This document shows positions 1 to 8,744 of a stretch of DNA of 39,521 nucleotides, piece by piece. The stretch lies in the NCBI GenBank assembly GCA_027251445.1, contig JAPNQO010000057.1, positions 1 through 39,521 of the forward strand, read 5' to 3'. This stretch comes from Fidelibacterota bacterium. Its GTDB lineage: Bacteria; Fidelibacterota; Marinisomatia; Marinisomatales; TCS55. The translations under genes were made by a program, and so were the position numbers. The notes under the pieces were generated by a model that was not told the DNA's origin, ran no database searches, and saw only the letters and a list, made by a program, of their open reading frames with translations. Each line of letters begins with the position of its first letter. Position 1 is the first letter of the stretch.

Positions 1-1374
1 TTTATTGAAAAGTTAGAGATTCGTGAAACGCAAGCAATTCAACGTGGGATAGAAGAGTCTTATATGGGTATTTATTTTCAGAAAGAACGTATTGGATATG
101 TAAAAAATCACTTAGTAAATAATAAAACAGATGTTATTACTTTAAATCAAGAAGCTGTAATGAATCTAAATATCTTAGATAAATCATATCATATTAAAAT
201 GGATCTAAGCGCTGAATTAAATGATTCTTCATTGCTAAAGAAATTCAATTTTAATTTATTTTCACCATTCTATGAACTACATGCCTCAGGTAAAGTTATT
301 GGTAATGAAGTCCATTATCGCATGAATACAGGTAAAAATCAAACATCTAATATCATAACATTAAGTGAAGCCCCTTTTATTTCTACACATATGAGGAGTT
401 ATCTTCTTCATAATAATTTAATAGAAGGAGAAAAGTATAAAATTCCTTATTTCGACCCTGTTACAATGTCTGGAAAAGAATCTATTATTGAGTATAAAGG
501 TTTTAAAAAAGAATTTATTCGAGAAAAAGGACGTATTTATAAATTACATCACTTTATAGAATCAATTTCTGGCATGAGGATAGATTTCTATCTTGATAAA
601 GAAGGCAATGTAATTAAAGAAACTTCTCCCGCTGGTTTCGTATTTTATGCTGAGCCTGAATTTCGAGCTAAAGATATTATATCAAAAGGAACTGAATTAT
701 TAGGAACGGTTTCAGTAACTGCTATTGGAAAAATTGATAATTTAAATCAAATATCTAAAGTTAATTATCGATTAACTTTGCCTGAAAACCACAACTTTAA
801 TTTGGACAAAGACCGACAGATATTTTCAAATGATATATTAACTGTAACTAAAGAAAAGATTCCTAATATTAATGCAAATATTTGCAGTGATGATAATAAT
901 CTCTTAAAAGCCACCCCTTATATTCAATCTGATAACAAATATATTATTGAAAAAGCAGAAACTATAATTAGTGATGCTAAAAATGATCTGCAAAAAGTTA
1001 AGGAGCTAATTAATTGGGTTTATTTAAATATAGAAAAAAAACCTGTATTGAGCATACCTGATGCTGTTACAACGCTACATACACGTGTTGGTGATTGCAA
1101 TGAGCATGCTGCTCTTTTTGCTGCACTATCTAGAAGTGTGTCTATACCTGCAAGAATAGCTGCAGGAGTAACATATCATGATGGAAAGTTTTATTATCAC
1201 GCTTGGAATGAAATTTGTATTGATGGTAAATGGATTAGTTTAGATACAACTAGTAATCAATTCCCCGCAGATTTAACCCATATAAAATTTGTTGAAGGTG
1301 AAACAATTGAACAAGTAAAGATAGGGGCTTTATTAGGAAGATTAACAATTGAAATATTAGGCAATAATAGTTGA
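1..1374 (+). CDS. Transglutaminase-like (papain-fold Cys-His-Asp) domain protein, 5'-truncated by the window edge
   Basis: Frame is open from base 1 (FIEKLEIRETQ...) through the listed ATG at 64. Triad motifs are GDCNEHA, YHAWNE and W.SLD near the C-terminus. The TGA stop overlaps the TTG start of the next gene. Confidence 0.88.
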   Translation, partial: FIEKLEIRETQAIQRGIEESYMGIYFQKERIGYVKNHLVNNKTDVITLNQEAVMNLNILDKSYHIKMDLSAELNDSSLLKKFNFNLFSPFYELHASGKVIGNEVHYRMNTGKNQTSNIITLSEAPFISTHMRSYLLHNNLIEGEKYKIPYFDPVTMSGKESIIEYKGFKKEFIREKGRIYKLHHFIESISGMRIDFYLDKEGNVIKETSPAGFVFYAEPEFRAKDIISKGTELLGTVSVTAIGKIDNLNQISKVNYRLTLPENHNFNLDKDRQIFSNDILTVTKEKIPNINANICSDDNNLLKATPYIQSDNKYIIEKAETIISDAKNDLQKVKELINWVYLNIEKKPVLSIPDAVTTLHTRVGDCNEHAALFAALSRSVSIPARIAAGVTYHDGKFYYHAWNEICIDGKWISLDTTSNQFPADLTHIKFVEGETIEQVKIGALLGRLTIEILGNNS

Positions 1375-2162
1375 GCACAAATTATCCAAAGCCTAGTATT
1401 GTAATTAAGAACTTGATCAAAAAATATGGAGATTTCATAGCAGTTAATGATATTAGTTTAACAGTTGAGGCTGGAAAGATATTCGGATTTTTAGGGCCAA
1501 ATGGCGCAGGGAAAACAACGACAATTAAAATTCTTGCAGGCTTATTACAACAAGACAGTGGTGATGTTATCATAAACGGTTATGATATAAGTAAGAATCC
1601 AGAAAAATGTAAATTTTCTACAGGTTACATACCTGACAGACCTTTTTTGTATGAAAAGTTAACAGGAATAGAGTTCCTTAAGTTTATTGCAAGCCTATAT
1701 AATCTTTCAATCGAGATATTTGAAAAAAATACAAGTCATTTGTTAAAATTATTTGATCTATATGAATGGAAAAATCATTTAATAGAAAGCTATTCGCATG
1801 GTATGCGTCAAAAATTAATTATGACGTCAGCATTTATGCTTGAAACCCCCATGATTATTGTTGATGAACCGATGGTGGGTTTAGATCCTAAAAGTGCTAG
1901 AATTGTAAAAGAATTATTTAAAAGACATTCTCTTAAAGGTGGATCCATTTTTCTTTCTACTCATTCTTTAGAAATCGCAGAAGAACTTTGCGATGAAATT
2001 GCAATTATTCTTAATGGTAGCCTTAAAATAATTGGTGATATGGAATCTTTACGAAAAGAAGCTAGCTTACACGATAGTGATTTGGAGGAAGTTTTTTTGC
2101 AATTAACAGATACGGAAGATCTTTCAAAAATAATAACAGCATTAAAAGATATGAATTCTTAA
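1371..2162 (+). CDS. ABC transporter ATP-binding protein (ABC-2/exporter type)
   Basis: Walker A GPNGAGKTT, signature variant YSHGMRQK, Walker B IIVDEP, H-loop STH. Confidence 0.95.
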   Translation: MSTNYPKPSIVIKNLIKKYGDFIAVNDISLTVEAGKIFGFLGPNGAGKTTTIKILAGLLQQDSGDVIINGYDISKNPEKCKFSTGYIPDRPFLYEKLTGIEFLKFIASLYNLSIEIFEKNTSHLLKLFDLYEWKNHLIESYSHGMRQKLIMTSAFMLETPMIIVDEPMVGLDPKSARIVKELFKRHSLKGGSIFLSTHSLEIAEELCDEIAIILNGSLKIIGDMESLRKEASLHDSDLEEVFLQLTDTEDLSKIITALKDMNS

Positions 2163-2168
2163 TAGCCT

Positions 2169-3839
2169 ATGAATCAATATGGCTCTCAAGTTGCCTTATT
2201 AATGCCAATGATTTTGGCTGCAAAAAATAAGTTTTTTCCATCGGGATCAATTTCAAGAAAAACGATTGGCATTGTACTATTTTGTTCTGCCTTGTGCTAT
2301 TCCATATTTCATATTACGCTTCGTATAGTATCGTATTTCCATCAGCAAGATGAGCTTGGAATTATCTTAAGTCTCAAAATTTTTCAGATGGCTTGGATAT
2401 TAATTTTTATCATGTTGATATTCTCTTCAATGGTTTCATCTATATCCTCTATTTATTTATCACAAGATAATGAAATTGTTTATTCAGCTCCGATTAAAAC
2501 AGTCGAACTATTTTTTATGCGTTATATATCGGGTACAATTTATACTTCATGGATGATGGTAATTTTTTCATTACCTATTTTCGCATCGTATGGAGTTGTT
2601 TTTCAAACTCCTGCTACTTACTGGATTTTAATGATACCTACATTATTATCAATTACTTTAACTGCTACATGTTTTAGTACTTTATTAACTATTGTTCTTG
2701 TAAAGTTCTTTCCAGCACGTCATACAAAAGATATCATACTGTATCTATCTTTATGCTTTGGAGTATTGATCATATTTTTAATTCGCTTATTGCAACCTGA
2801 AGATATGGTTTATTATGATAAATATGGACATTTAGTAGATTATCTTTCAAAAATATCAAAACCCGTTGCTCCTTATCTCCCTGCTAGCTGGGCTTCAAAT
2901 TTTCTTTCTTTATATTTGTTAGATCTTGAAATAGACTGGTTATTGTTTAGTTTGTTATTACTTACTCCCATCGTGTTATATTTTTTAGGAGAATGGTGTA
3001 TGCAAGTTTGGTTTTTTACAGGTTATTCAAAATCACAGGAGTCTTTTGGCGGAACACATAGATTTGGAAGTAAACAATCATATAAACCGGGAGCATGGAA
3101 ATGGATATTTAATAAAGAGAGTAAAGTTTTTTTGCGTGATTCTGTTGAATGGTCTCAGTTATTTATGATAGCCGCACTAGTAGTTATATATTTGTATAAT
3201 TTTAAATTATTGCCCATTGAACAGGCTGCCTTCTCAGAACAATTTATTACTAATTTAATTTCTTTTCTAAATATTGGCTTAGCTGGTTTTATTATGACTT
3301 CATTATCTGCTAGATTTGTTTTTTCATCTATTGGATCTGAAGGTGGCGCTTTCTATCATATTAAGTCCTCTCCAATATCACTACGTCGATTTTTATTATA
3401 TAAATATTTATTCTATGCCATACCATTTACTATTTTATCATTAACCTTGATTATTATGAGTAATAAAATTTTGCATGTGGAAGGTCCTATGTGGTGGATT
3501 TCTGTTTCAACTAATTTATTTATTACTTGGGTTGTAGTTGGTCTTGCCCTCGCATTTGGAGCAATATATGCTGATTTTAAAGCAGAAAATAAAACAGTCG
3601 CAATGGGGAGTATGGGAGCCATACTATTTTTACTCTTTGCAACAGCTTTTCAAATAATTATAATTTTTATTGGTGCGAATCCAATCTATCGTATAGTAAA
3701 AATTTGGATAAATAATTATGCATTTAATACTTCTGATTTTTATTTACTTATACTATGGATTATAATATCAGTTTTATTATCTGTTAGTATGGTAATATAC
3801 TTTTTTCAAAAAGGTATTCGTGTTTTAGAAAACTCATAA
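2169..3839 (+). CDS. Putative ABC transporter permease (polytopic membrane protein)
   Basis: 556 aa with more than 10 hydrophobic segments, 6 bp downstream of the ABC ATPase. The motif IGSEGGAFYHIKSSPIS resembles ABC-2-like permeases. Confidence 0.8.
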   Translation: MNQYGSQVALLMPMILAAKNKFFPSGSISRKTIGIVLFCSALCYSIFHITLRIVSYFHQQDELGIILSLKIFQMAWILIFIMLIFSSMVSSISSIYLSQDNEIVYSAPIKTVELFFMRYISGTIYTSWMMVIFSLPIFASYGVVFQTPATYWILMIPTLLSITLTATCFSTLLTIVLVKFFPARHTKDIILYLSLCFGVLIIFLIRLLQPEDMVYYDKYGHLVDYLSKISKPVAPYLPASWASNFLSLYLLDLEIDWLLFSLLLLTPIVLYFLGEWCMQVWFFTGYSKSQESFGGTHRFGSKQSYKPGAWKWIFNKESKVFLRDSVEWSQLFMIAALVVIYLYNFKLLPIEQAAFSEQFITNLISFLNIGLAGFIMTSLSARFVFSSIGSEGGAFYHIKSSPISLRRFLLYKYLFYAIPFTILSLTLIIMSNKILHVEGPMWWISVSTNLFITWVVVGLALAFGAIYADFKAENKTVAMGSMGAILFLLFATAFQIIIIFIGANPIYRIVKIWINNYAFNTSDFYLLILWIIISVLLSVSMVIYFFQKGIRVLENS

Positions 3840-3925
3840 TTTTTTATTTTTTTTATTATTCTGTGTTTGCTACTAATACAAGTATTTCAATAAATTTTTA
3901 TGTGGCAGTGTTGTACATAACAAAC

Positions 3926-4065
3926 ATGAAAGGAGGTGATCAGTTGTCTAGTTCAAGTAGCATGCTGACCTCCAAAGGATCAGTATTATAATAATAACTG
4001 ATGCTGGCTTTTACGGAGGTCAGCAATTACAATGAACGAAGCCCCCAAAATTTGGGGGCTTTTTC
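3926..4065 (+). ncRNA. Putative structured small RNA or leader element with mini-ORF (unclassified)
   Basis: GAAAGGAGGTGATC at 3928-3941; TTG-started ORF 3944-3991 (LSSSSSMLTSKGSVL*); perfect 11-bp stem 3963-3973/4015-4025 with inner stem ATCAGT/ACTGAT; followed by a terminator. Confidence 0.45.
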
Positions 4066-4068
4066 TTT
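4039..4068 (+). terminator. Rho-independent terminator
   Basis: AAGCCCCCAA-aat-TTGGGGGCTT hairpin followed by TTTCTTT. Confidence 0.85.
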
Positions 4069-4142
4069 ATGGTAAATCTTATTTTAATCTTTAAAATTTA
4101 TAGTACTCAAATCATCATTTTTACTGTATTAGTAAACTATAT

Positions 4143-4595
4143 ATGAATCTTAAAGCTAAGAAAGAGCAGATAATATTTTACGCTATCGAAGGCGAAAGCT
4201 TAAAGAAATTACATATATATGAAGGTGGAGTTTCTGCAGGGTTTCCATCTCCTGCGGATGATTATCTTGATACGGATTTGAATCTTCATAAGTATCTTGT
4301 CAAGCATCCCGCAGCCACATTTTTTATTATTGCAAAAGGACATTCAATGGAAAAAGCAGGAATTAGCGATGAGGATTTACTAGTGGTAGATAAATCTTTG
4401 GATGCAAAGAATAATGATATTGTTGTTGCTGCAGTTAATGGAGAGTTTACCGTAAAAAGATATTTAAAAAATGGTGATATTGTTTCATTAAGAGCAGAAG
4501 GTCTATTTGGTGATTACCCTGATATTAATATTGATGATTCTATGGAGTTTGAAGTATGGGGAGTTGTAACTCACACTATCCATAACAACCGATGA
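4143..4595 (+). CDS. umuD: DNA polymerase V accessory subunit UmuD (S24 peptidase)
   Basis: Autocleavage motif VSAGFPSPA, catalytic Ser (GHSM) and Lys (FTVKR). It has no LexA N-terminal HTH and overlaps the downstream Y-family polymerase gene by ATGA. Confidence 0.92.
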   Translation: MNLKAKKEQIIFYAIEGESLKKLHIYEGGVSAGFPSPADDYLDTDLNLHKYLVKHPAATFFIIAKGHSMEKAGISDEDLLVVDKSLDAKNNDIVVAAVNGEFTVKRYLKNGDIVSLRAEGLFGDYPDINIDDSMEFEVWGVVTHTIHNNR

Positions 4596-5848
4596 TTGCC
4601 TTAGCTGATTGTAATAATTTTTACGCTTCTTGTGAACGAGTTTTTAACCCTGGATTAAAGAATAAGCCTATTGTTGTCCTGTCCAATAATGATGGATGCA
4701 TTATTGCTCGAAGTAACGAAGCTAAAGAGCTTGGTATTAAAATGGGTGTGCCAGTTTTTCAAGTAAGAGATATTATTGATAATAATAATGTATATGTTTT
4801 TTCAACAAATTTTGCTTTATATGGTGATATGTCAAGTCGCGTAATGTCCTTGCTTACAGATATGGCACCTGAAACTGAAATATATAGTATTGATGAAGCA
4901 TTTATGAACTTTTCTGGAGTGAAGGAGAGTGTACGTTTAGCATCAAAGATGAAATCTATTATTGCAAAATCAACAGGAATTCCTATATCTATTGGTATTG
5001 CTGGAACAAAAACATTAGCAAAAGTGGCTAATTATTTTGCGAAGAAACAAACTGATAAAGGAGTTTATGCATTAACAGATCAACAACAAATTATGCGAGC
5101 ATTGAAAGAGCTACCTGTGTCAAAGCTTTGGGGTGTAGGGTCACGGCATTTACGGATGCTACATAGTTATGGTATTACAACAGCCTATGAATTTGTGCAA
5201 CTCAATGAAGAATGGGTCTTAGATAAAATGACTATTATGGGTTTACGAATGCAACAAGAGCTTAAAGGTGATTCTCGTTTTGCATTAGATGTATATCCAG
5301 CAAGAAAGAAAAATATACGTACTTCAAGATCATTTGGTATAAAAGTAAAATCACTACAAACAATACAAGAGTCAATAATTGCACATGCGGCAAGATGTGC
5401 AGAAAAATTACGAATGGAAAATAGTTGTGCGCGTTATGTTAGTGTTATTCTTAGAACAAATCCTTTTTCTAAATCACAAGATTATTATTATGGATATAAG
5501 TCCATTAACCTAGAGATGCCAACGAATGACAGTATGGAAATTGTAAAAGCTGCTAAAATGCTGTTAGGAACTATTTATAAAGAAGGATTGATTTATACAA
5601 AATCGGGAGTGATTGTTGGTGATACGATCCCAGCAGATCAGGTACAGCTTAATTTATTTTATTCTGAACTAGGTGAAGAGAAACGAAAAGATCTTTATAA
5701 GACTGTTGATCTTATTAATCAAACTTTAGGCAGAGATAAAATACAGCTTTTAGGTCAGGGAATAGCAAAAAAATGGAAGTTGAAACAAGAAAATCTATCA
5801 CCGTGCTATACTACAAGATGGGCCGATCTTCTTCGCGTTCATTGTTAA
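4592..5848 (+). CDS. umuC: Y-family DNA polymerase V subunit UmuC
   Basis: Motifs ADCNNFYASCE, VVLSNNDGC and YSIDEAF; clamp-binding QLNLF; C-terminal LSPCYTTRW typical of UmuC. Confidence 0.95.
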   Translation: MIALADCNNFYASCERVFNPGLKNKPIVVLSNNDGCIIARSNEAKELGIKMGVPVFQVRDIIDNNNVYVFSTNFALYGDMSSRVMSLLTDMAPETEIYSIDEAFMNFSGVKESVRLASKMKSIIAKSTGIPISIGIAGTKTLAKVANYFAKKQTDKGVYALTDQQQIMRALKELPVSKLWGVGSRHLRMLHSYGITTAYEFVQLNEEWVLDKMTIMGLRMQQELKGDSRFALDVYPARKKNIRTSRSFGIKVKSLQTIQESIIAHAARCAEKLRMENSCARYVSVILRTNPFSKSQDYYYGYKSINLEMPTNDSMEIVKAAKMLLGTIYKEGLIYTKSGVIVGDTIPADQVQLNLFYSELGEEKRKDLYKTVDLINQTLGRDKIQLLGQGIAKKWKLKQENLSPCYTTRWADLLRVHC

Positions 5849-5855
5849 ATAGAAT

Positions 5856-6329
5856 ATGTTTAATCATAGGCTAAGTCTTTATTATATAATTATAATCATA
5901 TTATCTAGCTGTTCAGAAGAATTACAAATAGTGAATAGTGATGATAGCATGCTCACAAAAGAAAAAGGGATACTATATTACAGAAATAAACCTTTTTCAG
6001 GAATGATTACCAATAGTTATCATGATGGGCTACTGAGGTCGAAACAATCATATATATTAGGGAAGCGCCATGGTAGATATCTTGAGTGGTACCCCAATGG
6101 ACAAAAGCGGTATAGCAAAAAATATAGTAAGGGTATTCAAAATGGAGAGCAGAAAGAATGGTATAGCAATGGCACATTATCAAGAAAAATGCAATTCTAT
6201 GAAGGAAGGCAAGAAGGGAAACAAATAGGGTGGAAAGAGAATGGAGATCTACGTTTTAAGTATACATATATAAATGGAAAGAGATATGGATTTATGGGTA
6301 CGTCCCTATGTCAAGGTCCTGAAGGTTAA
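5856..6329 (+). CDS. MORN-variant (YwqK-like) repeat lipoprotein
   Basis: Lipobox-like IILSSC; repeats of G.rhG.y.eWYpNGq type (GRYLEWYPNGQ, GEQKEWYSNGT, GKQIGWKENGD). Confidence 0.8.
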   Translation: MFNHRLSLYYIIIIILSSCSEELQIVNSDDSMLTKEKGILYYRNKPFSGMITNSYHDGLLRSKQSYILGKRHGRYLEWYPNGQKRYSKKYSKGIQNGEQKEWYSNGTLSRKMQFYEGRQEGKQIGWKENGDLRFKYTYINGKRYGFMGTSLCQGPEG

Positions 6330-6331
6330 AA

Positions 6332-6985
6332 TTGAAAAGGATATCATTATTTATAATTAGTTTAATTGGATTTATTACAATATTTAATTGTAATCCAAGC
6401 GAAAGCGAGTTTCGCTTACCAATTTATACTCCTGCAGATCTGGATCCTGATTGGGTAGATCTATCACTTAAAAATAGTACGGATCCACATGTAGTAGATA
6501 ATTTTGAGTTCATTAATCAAAATGGTTTAGTAGTTAATGAAAAAACTGTCGAAGGAAAAATATATATTGCAGAATTTTTCTTTACGACTTGTCCAGGAAT
6601 CTGTCCTACACTCACAAAACACACCAAAAAGATTCAAAATGAGTTTATAAATGATAACGACGTCTTAATTTTATCGCATACTGTTTTTCCAGAAAAAGAT
6701 TCAGTATCAGTTTTGCATGCTTTCGCAGAGCAACATAATATAAACTCAACGAAATGGCATTTATTAACAGGATCTAAGAAAGATCTATATACAATATCAA
6801 GAAAAGGATATTTTGCTATTTCTTATCAGCCTGATTTGAGTGATGATGGATTTATTCATACGGAGAATGTTGTTTTAGTTGATAAGCAAAGAAGACTTCG
6901 TGGAATTTATAATGGAACTAATGTGCATGAAATGAATCGATTAATAGAAGATATATATGTACTTAAAAAGGAGTATCAATTATGA
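6332..6985 (+). CDS. SCO1/SenC family copper chaperone (likely lipoprotein)
   Basis: FFFTTCPGICP (CxxxC), WHLLTG, conserved His in FIHTE, LVDKQRRLRGIY. Confidence 0.93.
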   Translation: MKRISLFIISLIGFITIFNCNPSESEFRLPIYTPADLDPDWVDLSLKNSTDPHVVDNFEFINQNGLVVNEKTVEGKIYIAEFFFTTCPGICPTLTKHTKKIQNEFINDNDVLILSHTVFPEKDSVSVLHAFAEQHNINSTKWHLLTGSKKDLYTISRKGYFAISYQPDLSDDGFIHTENVVLVDKQRRLRGIYNGTNVHEMNRLIEDIYVLKKEYQL

Positions 6986-8655
6986 AAAAAATTAAAATGA
7001 TAAAACAAATTATTATGTATTTATCTGTATTAATTAATGTGGAATTATTTGCACAAGATCAGCTAGATATGACAGTACTATTTGATTATTTTGATTCTAC
7101 TGTTACAATATATGTAGATGGTGACGAAATTGTTATTGAAGGTGATGGGGTCCCCAGTCATTATAGCCCTTATTTTGTACAAACATATAGTCAGACAAAT
7201 AATGGAATGTATTATTGGCAAGATAATAATGGAGATGGTGTCAATGATTTATGGATGCAGACACCATCAGATATGAATCTAAACCCAAACCGTATTGCAC
7301 AACGCAATTATGAATTTCGTATACCATTATATCCTGAAGTTAATCCAAATGGCCCAACAGATACTTTTTTGGGTCCTATAGGTATATCTATCAATGGTGT
7401 ACCTTTTTTTAATGAATATGAATCTCCTACTCAAACAGTCACAAACCAGGTTATTCAATCTTTTGATCCTGGGAATGGTCATCCAGCACCTCAAGGGAAT
7501 TATCATTATCATTTTCCACCGGAATCCTTGATAACAGTAACAGAGGACAATTTTTTGGGTTTTGCTGGCGATGGATTTCCAGTTTATGGACCGAAAAATC
7601 CAGATGGGAATAATGTGGAAAACCTCGATGATTTTCATGGTGAATATGGGCCAACTCCTGACTTCCCAGATAGTATTTACCATTATCACACGAATTATAC
7701 GCAGCCGTATATCATAGGAGCATTTGCTGGAACATTGGGAACCGGTTTCGGTGGCGCTGGTGGTGGCGGAGGCGGCGGAGGCGGCGGAGGCAATCCTCCA
7801 GATTGTAATCAAGTGCCTCCTGGAATGCCTTGTTGTGGTGATGGAACATGCGGCGGCCCTGAAACAGAAACAAATTGTCCAGTAGATTGTGCAACTGCCA
7901 TAGAGCCCACCATTTTAGTAAACGAATTTTTAGCATTAAACGATGCATGCTGTACTGATCCAAATGGAGAATATGATGATTATATTGAGCTATATAATTA
8001 TGGTAATGAATCGGTTGATATTGGCGGTTATCTAATAACAGATAATATTGGTGACTATGATAATTATCATCAAATACCAATTGGTAATGATTCAACTATT
8101 ATTCAACCTGGCGAAATAATTATACTTTGGGCAGACAAAGATTCAGAACAGGGGGTACTACACTTAGAAATCAAATTAAGTGGTAGTGGAGAACAAGTAG
8201 CGCTTTTTATGCCTGATTCAACCACAGTAGTTGATACGTTGTCCTTTGGAGAACAAACTGTGGATGTGTCCTATGGTAGATATCCAGATGGCTCAGATAC
8301 ATGGCAGCAAATGAACCCTACTCCTGGCGCTAGTAATACACAAGAATTATTTACAATGGATTCAAATACTATGCCTAATTCATTTAAACTATATCCTGCA
8401 TATCCAAACCCATTTAATCCCGAAACAACGATCAGCTATGATTTACCAGAACAGTCATTTGTAGAGATAACGATATACGATATGTTGGGGAAAAAGGTTA
8501 GGACCATAGTGAATGAAAAACAAAATCCGGGGCACAAATCAATCCTTTGGAATGCTAAGGATGATTATGGTACAGTTGTCAGTGCTGGTCTATATATATA
8601 TCAAGTTCAAGCTGATAATTTTATCCAAACGAATAAAATGATATTGCTAAAATAA
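6982..8655 (+). CDS. Secreted YHYH-domain protein with Gly linker, Cys-rich module, lamin-tail domain and T9SS-type CTD
   Basis: Signal peptide; GHPAPQGNYHYH and IYHYH; G11 linker; CCGDGTC...CPVDC; lamin-tail motifs VNEFLA...DYIELYN...DVSYGRYPDG...PTPG; C-terminal YPNPFNP...NKMILLK. Confidence 0.87.
   Translation: MKKIKMIKQIIMYLSVLINVELFAQDQLDMTVLFDYFDSTVTIYVDGDEIVIEGDGVPSHYSPYFVQTYSQTNNGMYYWQDNNGDGVNDLWMQTPSDMNLNPNRIAQRNYEFRIPLYPEVNPNGPTDTFLGPIGISINGVPFFNEYESPTQTVTNQVIQSFDPGNGHPAPQGNYHYHFPPESLITVTEDNFLGFAGDGFPVYGPKNPDGNNVENLDDFHGEYGPTPDFPDSIYHYHTNYTQPYIIGAFAGTLGTGFGGAGGGGGGGGGGGNPPDCNQVPPGMPCCGDGTCGGPETETNCPVDCATAIEPTILVNEFLALNDACCTDPNGEYDDYIELYNYGNESVDIGGYLITDNIGDYDNYHQIPIGNDSTIIQPGEIIILWADKDSEQGVLHLEIKLSGSGEQVALFMPDSTTVVDTLSFGEQTVDVSYGRYPDGSDTWQQMNPTPGASNTQELFTMDSNTMPNSFKLYPAYPNPFNPETTISYDLPEQSFVEITIYDMLGKKVRTIVNEKQNPGHKSILWNAKDDYGTVVSAGLYIYQVQADNFIQTNKMILLK
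7759..7791 (+). repeat. GGN trinucleotide run encoding 11 consecutive Gly, including (GGCGGAGGC)x3
   Basis: Read directly from the sequence; a very GC-rich island in AT-rich DNA. Confidence 0.9.
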
Positions 8656-8656
8656 T

Positions 8657-8684
8657 AAAAAGCCCCAAATCTGTGGTTTTTTTT
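8657..8684 (+). terminator. Probable imperfect intrinsic terminator
   Basis: AAAAGCCCCA-aatc-TGTGGTTTTTTTT directly after the stop codon; one mismatch and one GU pair. Confidence 0.5.
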
Positions 8685-8744
8685 CAATACAATTTTTTTT
8701 ATAAAATTTATTAGATTTACTTACGTGATGGATAAAAAAGAATA

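Noticed and set aside
3903..3918. Sigma-54 promoter (TGGCA...)
   Set aside because: No TTGC -12 element at the required spacing.
3928..3941. Possible 16S rRNA 3'-end fragment on the minus strand (GATCACCTCCTTTC)
   Set aside because: The match stops after 14 nt and the flanks do not resemble 16S helix 45. It is better explained as an extended SD on the plus strand.
4122..4141. E. coli-type LexA box upstream of umuD (TACTGTATTAGTAAACTATA)
   Set aside because: The right half reads ACTA instead of ACAG, two mismatches in the critical triplet. The LexA motif of this lineage is not known to me.
4143..5848. Prophage or ICE signalled by umuDC
   Set aside because: No integrase, transposase, phage or conjugation genes, and no att-like direct repeats were seen.
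7327..8095. Antisense ORFs (161, 67 and 127 aa) over the YHYH gene, and the other 60-100 aa nested ORFs in the track
   Set aside because: They lie wholly within well-supported genes on the opposite strand or in another frame and have no recognisable motifs. The Ala/Ser and Arg runs simply mirror the poly-Gly tract.
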